A DNA stretch of 62,450 bases, the filler included, from an uncultured Methanosarcinales archaeon (lineage in GTDB: Archaea > Nanobdellota > Nanobdellia > Woesearchaeales > DSVV01): NCBI GenBank assembly GCA_964593285.1. It is 3 parts of 3 records of this genome, joined end to end, with 100 filler letters (N's around TTAATTAATTAA, not from the genome) between each part and the next. Parts side by side here need not be neighbours in the genome. Positions count along the whole stretch, not along the records: positions 1 to 23,186 come from CAZQHZ010000017.1; 2 more parts are not named here. The stretch is one strand, 5' to 3'. The position numbers and the translations under genes were made by a program. Every line of letters begins with the position of its first letter. The stretch's first letter is position 1. Below are positions 1 to 9,930 of this stretch, piece by piece. The notes beneath the pieces are model-generated. The model did not search any database and was not told the DNA's origin. It saw only the letters and a program-made list of their open reading frames with translations.

Positions 1-158
1 ATCCAATAAAATTTCTATTTTCCTTTCTTTTAAAAAAAGAAACAAAAAGAGGAAATCCAAGTGCTATGCACATATTTTATTTTACTTTGTAAAAATGATT
101 TTATTCTAGAAAGGAACAATTTTATAATATAAGATAATTAAAAAACAAAACATTTAAG

Positions 159-190
159 TAATAATTAGTATTATCTAATAATTAGTATTA
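159..190. promoter_or_regulatory. Tandem Fur/PerR-box-like operator (2 x TAATAATTAGTATTA)
   Basis: Exact 15-bp direct repeat at 159-173 and 176-190. Each copy is a 7-1-7 inverted repeat with one mismatch. Lies upstream of the QueD-like and Fur-family genes. Confidence 0.55.
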
Positions 191-224
191 AATAAGAAAT
201 ATAGTAATTAAGGAGGAAAATAAA

Positions 225-716
225 ATGACAAATAAGAAATATCGTTCAATAGTGAAACTGGATTTTCAGTACGCACACAGATTTATGAATTATCCTGGAG
301 AGGCAAGCTATCTTCATGGACATTCAGGATTGCTTACGATCGAAATTGAAGGGGAGTTAGATGAACACAATTATGCCTATCCAGTAAAAGAGGCACAAAA
401 ATTAGCATGGGCAGTAGCCGATAACTTCCATCATGGAACTATTTTTCAAGAAGGTGATCCTTTGCTTGATTTAGTTTTGCAAGGATATGAGAAAACAGGC
501 ATGAAAGGTACAACAAATAGATTTGGCAAGCCTGCAAAAGCTCTCAACCATGAGCTTGTAAAATCATTTCCTGAAAGCAGGGTGTCTGTGAGTAAAGGTC
601 CCTCAACTTGTGAATGGTTCTGTACAGTATTTTACGAATTGTTGAAAGACAAATTGAATATTAAAAAAATAGAATTCCGTTCATCTTCGTTGAATTGTGC
701 ATCAAAAGAATTTTAG
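225..716 (+). CDS. 6-pyruvoyl-tetrahydropterin synthase/QueD-family (T-fold) protein, non-canonical active site
   Basis: AHRF and LHGH metal-binding motifs; lacks the Cys of Cx3HGH; SD AGGAGG at 211-216. Confidence 0.75.
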   Translation: MTNKKYRSIVKLDFQYAHRFMNYPGEASYLHGHSGLLTIEIEGELDEHNYAYPVKEAQKLAWAVADNFHHGTIFQEGDPLLDLVLQGYEKTGMKGTTNRFGKPAKALNHELVKSFPESRVSVSKGPSTCEWFCTVFYELLKDKLNIKKIEFRSSSLNCASKEF

Positions 717-752
717 GAAAAAACCCAATTTGTCTGAATAGATCATGCACTA

Positions 753-767
753 TTTTTTTTTTTTTTT
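753..767 (+). terminator. T15 tract, likely archaeal terminator
   Basis: Run of 15 T just downstream of the QueD-like stop codon. Confidence 0.4.
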
Positions 768-805
768 AGTAAACATTAAATATTAGATAATTATAAGTAT
801 TGCCA

Positions 806-1198
806 ATGGAAAAAATAACATACACCAATCAACGAATAGAAATATTGAATTTTCTTAAAGACAATTATAATCATCCAACTGCTGATGAAGTTTTTAACGC
901 AGTTAGAAAAAAACTTTCAAGAATCAGCAAAGCAACCATATACCAAAATCTAAAGTTTCTTTGTAAGAAACGAATAATACTGGAACTAAATATAAAAGGA
1001 GTATCAAGATTTGAACCAAATCTTAAGCCACATCATCATATTATTTGCAAAAATTGTAGTAAAATAATTGATTTTAAATCAACTGAACTCACCGAATATT
1101 CATTAAAGATAGCAAAAAAAATTAAAGAAATGAAAATAGAAACAGTTAATACTAATTTTTATGGCATATGTGAAGATTGTAACAAACATACGAAATAA
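806..1198 (+). CDS. Fur/PerR-family transcriptional regulator
   Basis: TNQR..IL, HPTADEV, ISKATIYQNL, HHHIICKNC and FYGICEDC motifs. Confidence 0.92.
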   Translation: MEKITYTNQRIEILNFLKDNYNHPTADEVFNAVRKKLSRISKATIYQNLKFLCKKRIILELNIKGVSRFEPNLKPHHHIICKNCSKIIDFKSTELTEYSLKIAKKIKEMKIETVNTNFYGICEDCNKHTK

Positions 1199-1252
1199 AC
1201 AATTAATAAAATAGATTTTTTTTATTTTAATATTCATATTTAATGTATAAAA

Positions 1253-1475
1253 TTATTTGATTAATTTTTTTTCAAGATCTAACTTAATCTCAAATTCACG
1301 CATTTTTTATATGTTTTCAAAGTACATCAATATTATTAAATTTAATTCTTTTTTGTTTTTTAATCTTGTTTAGTTTTTGGACATTTTCTGATTTAAGTTT
1401 TGGTTCTAATAATTCTTCAAATTTATTGATTAAAAAATTAATAGCATCTGATTTATTTTTTAAATCATAATAACT
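1253..1475 (-). pseudogene. Decayed toxin-antitoxin pair: DUF2683-like antitoxin remnant (1296-1475) plus N-terminal stub of a RelE-like toxin (1253-1303)
   Basis: Manual translation gives YDLKNKSDAINFLINKFEELLEPKLKSENVQKLNKIKKQKRIKFNNIDVL*KHIKNA*, overlapping (ATGCGTGA) MREFEIKLDLEKKLIK*. Confidence 0.55.
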
Positions 1476-1682
1476 TTATTTTTGATGTAATTTACTTTTT
1501 TACTATTTATCTTTATATATTAAAAACTTGGCTTAATTTTTAATTTATGATAAAATTAATAATTATTAAACTTTCAGAAAATTTATTTATAATTATAAAA
1601 AATTCATTATTATAAATCTTTTAAACTTTAATGTTAAAAATAGTTAATTTTATATATTTTAATTTTATATTTTTTATCTAAT

Positions 1683-2684
1683 TTGGTTTTTTTTGATAAA
1701 TTATTAGATAAAGTAAATAGTTTAAATCAAACTAATGTTGAAAATAATGAAAATAGTCCATGGGATCCTGTTAATGGATATTATGCTGTAGTTGTTAAAC
1801 AAAATTGTGATAAATTAGAAAAAAAGTATGAAAAATTAAAAAATAATCCAAATAAACCAAGATATGTATTAGGATTATTTTTAGTATTAATTATACTTTC
1901 AATTTTATTGTGTATTTTTATATGTTTTACATTTATTTTTTTGTTATTTATTCTATCAATAATATTTTTTATTATATACTTAAATTATAAAACAATAATT
2001 AAAGATTTAATAAAAAATAAAATTGCAAAAGATTATGGTTGGTTTTATGATCCATATAATTCTTCATTTAAATGGAATATTTTAAGAAGAGATATTCCTG
2101 AAATATTTAATAAAGGAAATGAGAGACAATATGTTGAAGATCAATTTTGGGGAAAATTTAAACATAATGGTCTTGATTATGATTTTTATCAAGGGGTTTT
2201 TAGTTATACACATTCTTCAGGTCATGGAAAAAATAAAAGTAGTAAAACTTACAATACTCATTTTTTTATATTAAAAAATCATAAACAATTAAATAATGAA
2301 TTTTTATTATATCCAAATGGTTTTTTTTCAAAATTTATTAATTTTTTTTCAAAAAAAAATATTAAAACTTCATCAATTGAGTTTAATAAATCATTTGCAT
2401 TTACCTATAATGGTAAAAAAATTGAAAACCAAAATGATATTTTAAATTATATAAATCCAAAAGTTCAAACATTACTTATAGATATTAAAAAGAAAAAAGG
2501 AAGTTTTAGTGTATTATTTAAAAAAGACTATACTGTTTTTTTATTTAATGGTTTTTTAATAAAAAAACTAAAAACAAATTTTATTAAATCTATTGAAATA
2601 AAACAAGAAGATTATGATTTTGTTAATAATGAATTAAAATTTTTAATTGAAAACACAAGAGAAATATTACATCATTTACATTAG
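1683..2684 (+). CDS. Membrane protein, DUF3137-like
   Basis: Two N-terminal TM helices, EDQFWG, SSGHGKNKSSKTY and EFNKSF segments; TTG start is uncertain. Confidence 0.5.
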   Translation: MVFFDKLLDKVNSLNQTNVENNENSPWDPVNGYYAVVVKQNCDKLEKKYEKLKNNPNKPRYVLGLFLVLIILSILLCIFICFTFIFLLFILSIIFFIIYLNYKTIIKDLIKNKIAKDYGWFYDPYNSSFKWNILRRDIPEIFNKGNERQYVEDQFWGKFKHNGLDYDFYQGVFSYTHSSGHGKNKSSKTYNTHFFILKNHKQLNNEFLLYPNGFFSKFINFFSKKNIKTSSIEFNKSFAFTYNGKKIENQNDILNYINPKVQTLLIDIKKKKGSFSVLFKKDYTVFLFNGFLIKKLKTNFIKSIEIKQEDYDFVNNELKFLIENTREILHHLH

Positions 2685-2720
2685 ATAAATTAATAAATAA
2701 ATTTATTTTGTTAAATTAAA

Positions 2721-3197
2721 ATGGATCAAGAAAAATTATTAAAAAAATTTGAAATAGAATTTGAAAAAACAAAAAAAGAATTAAACTTTAATTCAACATT
2801 AGATGAATTAGATAAAATATTTTTTTTAAAGGATTATATTTTACAAACTAAATTTGTAAGTTTAAGTTTATCAAGGTTTATTTGTCATAGAATTCGTGAT
2901 ACTTTTTATTCATGGATTAGTCAATTTCATGAATGGGTTATGCCAAATCCATCTTCAATGATTAGTAATAGTGAATGCTCTGTTTTTAATGAAGAAGAAA
3001 AACAAAATTTGTTAAAATTAATAAAAAAATTTATGGCATACTGTAGCCAAAATGTTATAATTGGTTTGAGTAAGGATAAAATAAAAGAAAAAGAATTTAT
3101 TGATAATTCAATTATTTTATGGAATGAAAATATAAATGATATTATTAATTATACAAAGAAAATAAATAATTATTGGGATATTGAATCAAAAAAATAA
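2721..3197 (+). CDS. Hypothetical protein
   Basis: 158-aa ORF with ATG start and coding-like composition. Confidence 0.6.
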   Translation: MDQEKLLKKFEIEFEKTKKELNFNSTLDELDKIFFLKDYILQTKFVSLSLSRFICHRIRDTFYSWISQFHEWVMPNPSSMISNSECSVFNEEEKQNLLKLIKKFMAYCSQNVIIGLSKDKIKEKEFIDNSIILWNENINDIINYTKKINNYWDIESKK

Positions 3198-5729
3198 TTA
3201 ATTATTTTTTTTATATTCTTCTATATCATTTAAAAACCTTTTTAGTGTTTTTTCGATATGTTCTGGCTGTGTTTTTAATATTTTAGAAGTTTCATTTAAA
3301 ATATCACAATTAGAAATTTCATTAGATTTTAATTCTAATTCTTCTTTTGTTAATACTTTATTTTTTGATTTTGCTTTTTTACATTTTTTCCATAATGTAA
3401 ATATCTCTTCTGATCTTTTTGGTATTAGTTCTTTTTTAACATTTAATAATTTTGATATTTTTGTTATCAATTCTTCTTGATAATTGCATGTTAAATTGCA
3501 TGCATCTCCTGCTGTAAAAATTAATCTAATTATTCCATCTTGAATTTTTGTTGTCTTTTCTATTTTAATTAAGCCAACTTCTTTTGTAGAATTTAAATGG
3601 GTTCCACCACATGCTTCAACATCAATTCCTGGAATTTCAACAATTCTTAATTCTTTTCCAGGAACAGCACCACCTTGATAAATATCCATTCCAAATTTAT
3701 CTTCAGCTTCGCGTCTTTCATAAAATCCTTTTTTAATAATAATATCTTTTGATACAATTTCATTTGCTTTATCTTCTATTTTTTTAATTTCATCATCACT
3801 AATAGATTTATAATGTGTTAAATCAAGATGTGCTTTTTTTATTGTTTTTTTAGCTCCTGCTTGATTTACATGTTTTCCTAAAATAAACCTTGCAGCTGCA
3901 TTTATTATGTGTGCAGCAGTATGATGCTGTGATAATTGTTTTCTTCTGCATTCATCAATTTTTCCAAAAACAATATCATTTACTTTAAAATTAGGAGTTG
4001 TTTTTAATTCATGTATTATATATGCACCTTGTTTTATTACATTTATTACATCAATTTCATTTATTTTTCCAAAATCATTTATTTGTCCACCAGAAGTTGG
4101 ATAAAATAAAGTTTTATCTAATATAACAAAATTATCTTTAATCCATAAAACTTTAGCTTCAAATTCACTAATTCTATAATCATCAAAATAATTTGCTTTT
4201 GTTTCTTTAATATTTTGAATATCAAATGTTTTTGTATTTTTTGTTGAATGAATTTGTTCTTTTTTTTCATGAAGTTCTGAGACTTTTCCAAAAAAGTTAG
4301 TTGGCATTTTTATATCAATATTATATTTTTTTGCTTCATTTATTATTAATTCAGGTGATATTCCATTTGAGTCATATAACTCTAATAATGTTTTTTCTGT
4401 TATATCTTTTTTTATAATTGAAGATACAATTTGTTTAGTTTTTTCTTTCGTTGCATTATATTTTTCTTTTTCAACATCAATTATTTTTTTTATATTTTCT
4501 AAATTATTTTCAAGTTCAGGAAATATTTCATTTAGTGTTTGTGCATGTATTTTAATTACATCAATTAAATTAATATCATAATTATATTTATCAATAAATG
4601 AAAAACATCTCCTTAGGAGTATTCTTAAATTATATCCACCACCAACATTAGATGGTAGTGCTCCATCATTTAATGTAAATAAAAGAGTTCTTGTATGGTC
4701 TGCTATTGAAAAAATTGCAGATAATGGTAATATTTTATTTTTTAATTCACTAACTTTAATCTCTAAAATATTTGAAACATCTTGCCATGCTTTATCAATA
4801 TCATCAATCTCATCTAAATTTAATTTACCAGAATGTGGAACAAATTTTTTCATAAAATCTTCATCTATTTTTTGATTTGTTTTTTTTAATAAATATTCAA
4901 TAGCTTCTGGATATATTGCTTGATGCTGTGTTGATGTACTTTGACTAAACCAAGCATTTCTCTCCATTCCCATACCCATATCTAAAACTTTTAGTTTTAA
5001 GTCAATTAATTCATCATTTGGTGTTTGTTCATATAACATATAAACTTGATTTCCAAGTTCAAGACCGCGAGAAAAATATTCCATGCAAGGTCCAGCATTT
5101 CCACCGCCAGCCCATGCATCTTCATGAAATGTTAATTCTTCATCACAAATACCAAGTCCCTTATTTAACCATTTTTTAATATCACTAAAAGCTTTTTCTT
5201 GTGACCATTCTTGTTTTAAAACAAACATGTGCTGGCCAATCATTACAAAACCAGTATTATGGCCTGCAGTTATTCCAATATTTTCAATATCTGAAAATCT
5301 AACGCAAAATTGAGGTATAACTAACTTTTTAGCAGGAGCTTTCACTTCTCCAGAAATAACATATGGCTGAAATGCAGCAATTGATGCAATAGTAAATTCC
5401 ATTGTTGGATTCCATCTTGCAACAGTTGGATATCTTTTAATTTTTGTATATCCAAAATCTTCAAACATTTTAGAAAATTTTTGCCAAACCTTAACATAAC
5501 TTAATTTTTCTTTTGCAGGATTATTTTCAAAAAAGTTAAATCCACCATTACAAATAGAATCTCCACATACATCTTGATTTTTATTAACACTCCAAAAATA
5601 AATATTACAATTTTTACATTGTTTTCTAATAAATCCATCTCTTTTTAAAATAGATGTTGCATAAAATTTGTCAGGATTTTTTGAAGCTTTATCTTTAATA
5701 TATTTTTTTAATTCTTTTGTAGTTCTCAT
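3198..5729 (-). CDS. alaS: Alanine--tRNA ligase (archaeal type)
   Basis: N-terminal Cys cluster, ARW..FTIASIAAFQP, WAGGGNAGP, HHTAAH and EACGGTH editing motifs. Confidence 0.97.
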   Translation of the reverse strand: MRTTKELKKYIKDKASKNPDKFYATSILKRDGFIRKQCKNCNIYFWSVNKNQDVCGDSICNGGFNFFENNPAKEKLSYVKVWQKFSKMFEDFGYTKIKRYPTVARWNPTMEFTIASIAAFQPYVISGEVKAPAKKLVIPQFCVRFSDIENIGITAGHNTGFVMIGQHMFVLKQEWSQEKAFSDIKKWLNKGLGICDEELTFHEDAWAGGGNAGPCMEYFSRGLELGNQVYMLYEQTPNDELIDLKLKVLDMGMGMERNAWFSQSTSTQHQAIYPEAIEYLLKKTNQKIDEDFMKKFVPHSGKLNLDEIDDIDKAWQDVSNILEIKVSELKNKILPLSAIFSIADHTRTLLFTLNDGALPSNVGGGYNLRILLRRCFSFIDKYNYDINLIDVIKIHAQTLNEIFPELENNLENIKKIIDVEKEKYNATKEKTKQIVSSIIKKDITEKTLLELYDSNGISPELIINEAKKYNIDIKMPTNFFGKVSELHEKKEQIHSTKNTKTFDIQNIKETKANYFDDYRISEFEAKVLWIKDNFVILDKTLFYPTSGGQINDFGKINEIDVINVIKQGAYIIHELKTTPNFKVNDIVFGKIDECRRKQLSQHHTAAHIINAAARFILGKHVNQAGAKKTIKKAHLDLTHYKSISDDEIKKIEDKANEIVSKDIIIKKGFYERREAEDKFGMDIYQGGAVPGKELRIVEIPGIDVEACGGTHLNSTKEVGLIKIEKTTKIQDGIIRLIFTAGDACNLTCNYQEELITKISKLLNVKKELIPKRSEEIFTLWKKCKKAKSKNKVLTKEELELKSNEISNCDILNETSKILKTQPEHIEKTLKRFLNDIEEYKKNN

Positions 5730-5801
5730 AAATAACTGGAAAATTAATTAATATATAAATTTTAATTTTTTATATAAAATATAAAGAAAAAAAGAAAAAA
5801 A

Positions 5802-7202
5802 TTATTCAAATACAAATTCAGGTGGTGCATCTACTTCAATTATTATTGTTACATCACTAGATACTTGTGTTAGTTCATCTGAAGCTGTAATAGTTACTGT
5901 GTGGCTTCCTTCATCATTTTCATCAATTGTTGTGGTATTTGTTGTCATAAATCCTGAATATGTAACAGTTACTTCATCTCCATCAGGGTCTGTAACTTCA
6001 GGATTTAGTGTAATTGTTTTTGTTTCACCTTTAATTACAGTAAATTCTAATTCGTCTGGATGTGTTATAACTGGAGCTCTATTAACATTTTCAACTACAA
6101 CTGAAAATGTCTTTGTAGTTTCAAGTTCACCATCAGATGCAGTAACAGTAATACTATAAGTTCCAGCATCTCCAATTTGTGTTTGCCATTCTCCATTATT
6201 ATCTAGTGGTGCTGAAAAAGTTAATGCTACATCTCTATCATCATCATCACTATAAGCTTCAACATCAGCAACAACTTTTTCTCCTTCAGTTACTTGAATT
6301 GAGGAAATATCTTCAATAACTGGAGGATTTCTTGGTTCTAAAACTGTTATTTGAATGGTTTGTGATGTTTCAAGTTCACCATCAGATGCAGTAACAGTAA
6401 CATTATGTACTCCAACATCATTATTAGTGGTTGTTTTGGTAGATTCATTCATAAATCCAGAGTATGTAACGATTACATCATCTCCATCAGGGTCTGTGAC
6501 ATCAAAATTTAATGTAATTATTTCTCCTGCATGAATTGTTTGTGATTCAAGGTTTGAAATAACTGGAGGCATATTACCTTTTAATACGACAAGTTTTAAT
6601 TGTTTTGTAACACTTCCAACAGCATTTGTTGCAGTTATATTAACAATATATTCGCCAACATCATCATCAGTAGTTTGCCATTCTCCATTATCATCTAAAG
6701 GATATGAGAATGTAAATACAACATCTTTTGCACCTTCTGTTACAACTGGTTTAACATTTATTAATTCTCCTGCAGTAAATGTTTTTGTTTCGATTGTATC
6801 TTCTAATTCTTCCTTATCTTCATCATCAATAATTGTTTCAGGACAATCAGTTTCCCAAGGTCTAATACATTCACCTAAAGATTCACACCAAACATATCCC
6901 GCTGAAGGAATACATCCATGTTCGTCTACATCATCACCAACAAGTGTTTCATTTGTTGGTTCTTCATCATCAATAATAGTTTCATTAACTATTGTTTCAT
7001 TTTCAATAATTGTTTCATTTATTTCTTGTAGTTCTTTTAATGCTTTTTCAATTAATTCATCTATTGTTAAATTAACTTCATCTAATTTATCTTTAGGGAT
7101 GCAAATTTCATCATTTTTATTATCAGTAAAAATTGTGCAACCACTTAAAATAAATAAAGATAGAACAAATAAAGCAACTAATGTTTTAAAATTTTTAATC
7201 AT
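5802..7202 (-). CDS. Putative surface lipoprotein with four Ig/PKD/cadherin-like repeats
   Basis: Signal peptide ending in LSGC (lipobox), DEHGCIPSAGYVWC..CIRPWE motif, repeated NxxPVI, DPDGD and VTASDG. Confidence 0.75.
   Translation of the reverse strand: MIKNFKTLVALFVLSLFILSGCTIFTDNKNDEICIPKDKLDEVNLTIDELIEKALKELQEINETIIENETIVNETIIDDEEPTNETLVGDDVDEHGCIPSAGYVWCESLGECIRPWETDCPETIIDDEDKEELEDTIETKTFTAGELINVKPVVTEGAKDVVFTFSYPLDDNGEWQTTDDDVGEYIVNITATNAVGSVTKQLKLVVLKGNMPPVISNLESQTIHAGEIITLNFDVTDPDGDDVIVTYSGFMNESTKTTTNNDVGVHNVTVTASDGELETSQTIQITVLEPRNPPVIEDISSIQVTEGEKVVADVEAYSDDDDRDVALTFSAPLDNNGEWQTQIGDAGTYSITVTASDGELETTKTFSVVVENVNRAPVITHPDELEFTVIKGETKTITLNPEVTDPDGDEVTVTYSGFMTTNTTTIDENDEGSHTVTITASDELTQVSSDVTIIIEVDAPPEFVFE
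6118..6400. repeat. Intragenic 34-bp exact direct repeat (6118-6151, 6367-6400)
   Basis: gtttcaagttcaccatcagatgcagtaacagtaa occurs twice and encodes TVTASDGELET in duplicated domains. Confidence 0.85.
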
Positions 7203-7347
7203 TTAACCACACCTCATACTTCTATTTAAGATTTTCAATTTTATTATTTTTTAATAGTCAACTTCTATATAAACTTTTTGGTAGTTACTAAGTACTTTTA
7301 TGTAACTAAATAGTTAAAAAATATTAATTTTAGAATCTTTTAAAATG

Positions 7348-7488
7348 TTACTTCATATTTTTAAAAGGATCTTTTCCAGGCCCAACCCATATATATTCAA
7401 TTTTTTCTTTTTTTTTTAAAAATTTAAAATAACTAAAAATTGATATACTAATTATTGTAATTAATAATAAAATATAAAAAAAAACCAT
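7348..7488 (-). CDS. Small single-pass membrane protein (46 aa), not in ORF track
   Basis: MVFFYILLLITIISISIFSYFKFLKKKEKIEYIWVGPGKDPFKNMK*; ATG lies 2 nt after the alba stop. Confidence 0.6.
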   Translation of the reverse strand: MVFFYILLLITIISISIFSYFKFLKKKEKIEYIWVGPGKDPFKNMK

Positions 7489-7490
7489 TT

Positions 7491-7772
7491 TTAAAGTTTA
7501 GCAAGTGTAATTTCAATTGTACTTACTCTAACTTGTTTCCCTTCTTTGTTTTCAAATTCTTCTGAATCTATTTTGATGTTGTCAATTTTGATTTGATCTT
7601 TTAGAAATCTTTTTAATGCAACTTCACTGATATCTACTGCACGTGAGATGAATTTTCCTCGTGCCTTAATTATAACTGATTCAGCGTTTTTTGTTGTAAA
7701 TTGCATAACTACGCTTGTTACATAGTTCATAAAAGGTTTATTTCCAACATAAATCATGTTATCTTTTGTCAT
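7491..7772 (-). CDS. albA: DNA/RNA-binding protein Alba
   Basis: YVGNKPFMNYV, KARGKFISRAVD, VSTIEITL. Confidence 0.97.
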   Translation of the reverse strand: MTKDNMIYVGNKPFMNYVTSVVMQFTTKNAESVIIKARGKFISRAVDISEVALKRFLKDQIKIDNIKIDSEEFENKEGKQVRVSTIEITLAKL

Positions 7773-7815
7773 TTTTTACATTCCTCCATTATTCTAAAAA
7801 TTTTTACAAAAAATA

Positions 7816-8010
7816 TCAAATTGCCTTTCTTTCCTTCATTAATCTTGTTAAATACCCACAAACAACATTAAGTATTTTTTTTGAAGGAATTATAGTTAAG
7901 TCTTTAATAATATTTTTATTTTCATAAAAGTCTTTAGTTAACTTTTCGTTGTGTTTATCATATATTTGAAAAGTTACTCTTTTTATCAGTTGTGTTTTAA
8001 TTCTTCCCAT
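7816..8010 (-). CDS. rps17e: 30S ribosomal protein S17e
   Basis: MGRIKT..IKR, DFYENK, SKK..N..GYLTR. Confidence 0.93.
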   Translation of the reverse strand: MGRIKTQLIKRVTFQIYDKHNEKLTKDFYENKNIIKDLTIIPSKKILNVVCGYLTRLMKERKAI

Positions 8011-8112
8011 TTTAATTCTTATTTAATTTTTTTACTTTTTTTGTGTTAATTATTCAGTGGAATTGTATTTCTTTTTTAAAATTTATGTTTTTATTTATAA
8101 ATAAATTAAATT

Positions 8113-9807
8113 TCAATGTGTAAACCAAAAAAATCGTTTATTATTTTCAATTTCATCTAATCTACAAAAACCAAATCTTTCAAACTGAATTATTGAATCT
8201 TTTGGTAAATCAATTAAATTATTTTCACAAATTCCAATAACTTTTCGTTTATCTGGCATTAAAATTTCACATTCGATAACTTTATCATTAAAACTCAGCC
8301 AATGAATAATTTTTTTATTTAAATTTGAATTTTTAAAAGATTCAAAATCATCTGAATGAAAATAATACTTTCCATTTTTTTTAACAAAATTAATACAATC
8401 CATCAATCTATATATACTATTTTCATCCATCTTAGCAATGTCTTTTTTTGAAACATAAAAATTTGAATCAATATTAAAAATTCTATCATGAACTTCTAAT
8501 TCAGGATGGGTTTTTAATTTAACTTCTTTGCTTTTAGTATTTATAATTTCAATTTTGATATAATCTTCAATAAAAAAATATCTTTTAGCACTTTTATCTA
8601 AAATTCTTTTATTGTGCATAATTAAATCATCCCATGTTAGTGTTGATTCAGATTTAGTAATACCAGTACTTATAACAAAATTTTTAATAGCATCTTTTGT
8701 AAATCCTCGTCTTCGCAGAGCAACAATTGTTGTAAGCGATGGATCGTCCCATCCAATTAATTCTTTCTTTAAAACTTTCTCTCTAATAATTCTGCCACTA
8801 GATAAAACACCTTTCATGTTAAATCTTGCAAATTCATAAGTTTTTGTAATTTTTAATCCAAGAATTTTTTGGATATAATTTTGTAATTCACCTCTCATTT
8901 CAAATTCTTTACTTCTAAGTCTAATGGTAACATTACTAATACTATCCATAATAGCATTTTGAAAATCATAATTTGGCCAAACTCTATATTTTTTATCAAT
9001 TCTTGGATGTTTTTTATCAATTACCCTAAAAATTGTAGGATCGCGCATTGTAGAATTTTTATGCAATAAATCAATTTTTAATCTTAAAACATATTCATTT
9101 TCTGGCATGCTATGAAATTTATTCCACAAATTTAAATTTGTATTAAAATCATTAGTTCTACATTTACAAGAAATTCCAGACATTCTATTATTTCTAATTG
9201 TTTCTAAATTACAATTACACATGTAAGCATTATTTGATTTAATTAAATTAATTGCATATTCATAAAATTTATCCATGTAATCAGATGCATATAGTAATTC
9301 ATCAAAATTAACATCAAGCCATTTAAAATTTTCAATCATAATATCATAAAACTTTTCTAAAACTAAATTAGGATTAGTGTCTTCAAACCTTAAAATAAAT
9401 TTACCATTATATTTTTTAGCTAGCAAATAATTTAATAATAATGCTTTTGCATGACCAATATGTGGATATTTTTCAGGTCCTGGTGGAAATGCGGTAATTA
9501 CTTCTTTTTCATTATCTAAATTTAAAAATGCAAAAATATCTCTATCTTTATCATTTTTTTTATCATTGATGATTTTAGTATCTAAATTTTCAAATTCTTT
9601 TTTTTGTTCATCTAGTGATTTAGAATTAATTTTTGTAATTATTTCATTAATTTCTTTTTTAACTAAGGCCATATCTTTTTTTATTTTTGGGTTTTGTGAA
9701 ATAATCTTACCAATTAATGCATTAGGATTTGCTTTGCCATTGAATTTTATAGCATTTTCTAAACCAAATAAATAAATTTCTTTTCTAACTTTTTCTAAAT
9801 TATCCAT
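8113..9807 (-). CDS. gltX: Glutamate--tRNA ligase (archaeal type)
   Basis: LENAIKFNGKAN N-domain, HIGH, LRFEDTNP, RDP..FR, GWDDP. Confidence 0.96.
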   Translation of the reverse strand: MDNLEKVRKEIYLFGLENAIKFNGKANPNALIGKIISQNPKIKKDMALVKKEINEIITKINSKSLDEQKKEFENLDTKIINDKKNDKDRDIFAFLNLDNEKEVITAFPPGPEKYPHIGHAKALLLNYLLAKKYNGKFILRFEDTNPNLVLEKFYDIMIENFKWLDVNFDELLYASDYMDKFYEYAINLIKSNNAYMCNCNLETIRNNRMSGISCKCRTNDFNTNLNLWNKFHSMPENEYVLRLKIDLLHKNSTMRDPTIFRVIDKKHPRIDKKYRVWPNYDFQNAIMDSISNVTIRLRSKEFEMRGELQNYIQKILGLKITKTYEFARFNMKGVLSSGRIIREKVLKKELIGWDDPSLTTIVALRRRGFTKDAIKNFVISTGITKSESTLTWDDLIMHNKRILDKSAKRYFFIEDYIKIEIINTKSKEVKLKTHPELEVHDRIFNIDSNFYVSKKDIAKMDENSIYRLMDCINFVKKNGKYYFHSDDFESFKNSNLNKKIIHWLSFNDKVIECEILMPDKRKVIGICENNLIDLPKDSIIQFERFGFCRLDEIENNKRFFWFTH

Positions 9808-9930
9808 AAATTTAAAAGAAATAAAGTTTATATTTAATGTTTATTGTTTTTTATAAATTTTTTTTATTTCAATTAATATAAAAAAATAATCAAAACATTT
9901 AATAATTAATTATAAAAACCTTTGTTATAC

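Noticed and set aside
1317..1319. In-frame TGA as evidence of stop-codon recoding
   Set aside because: TGA terminates conserved genes here (rpoP, thpR, rps17e), so standard code plus pseudogenisation is simpler.
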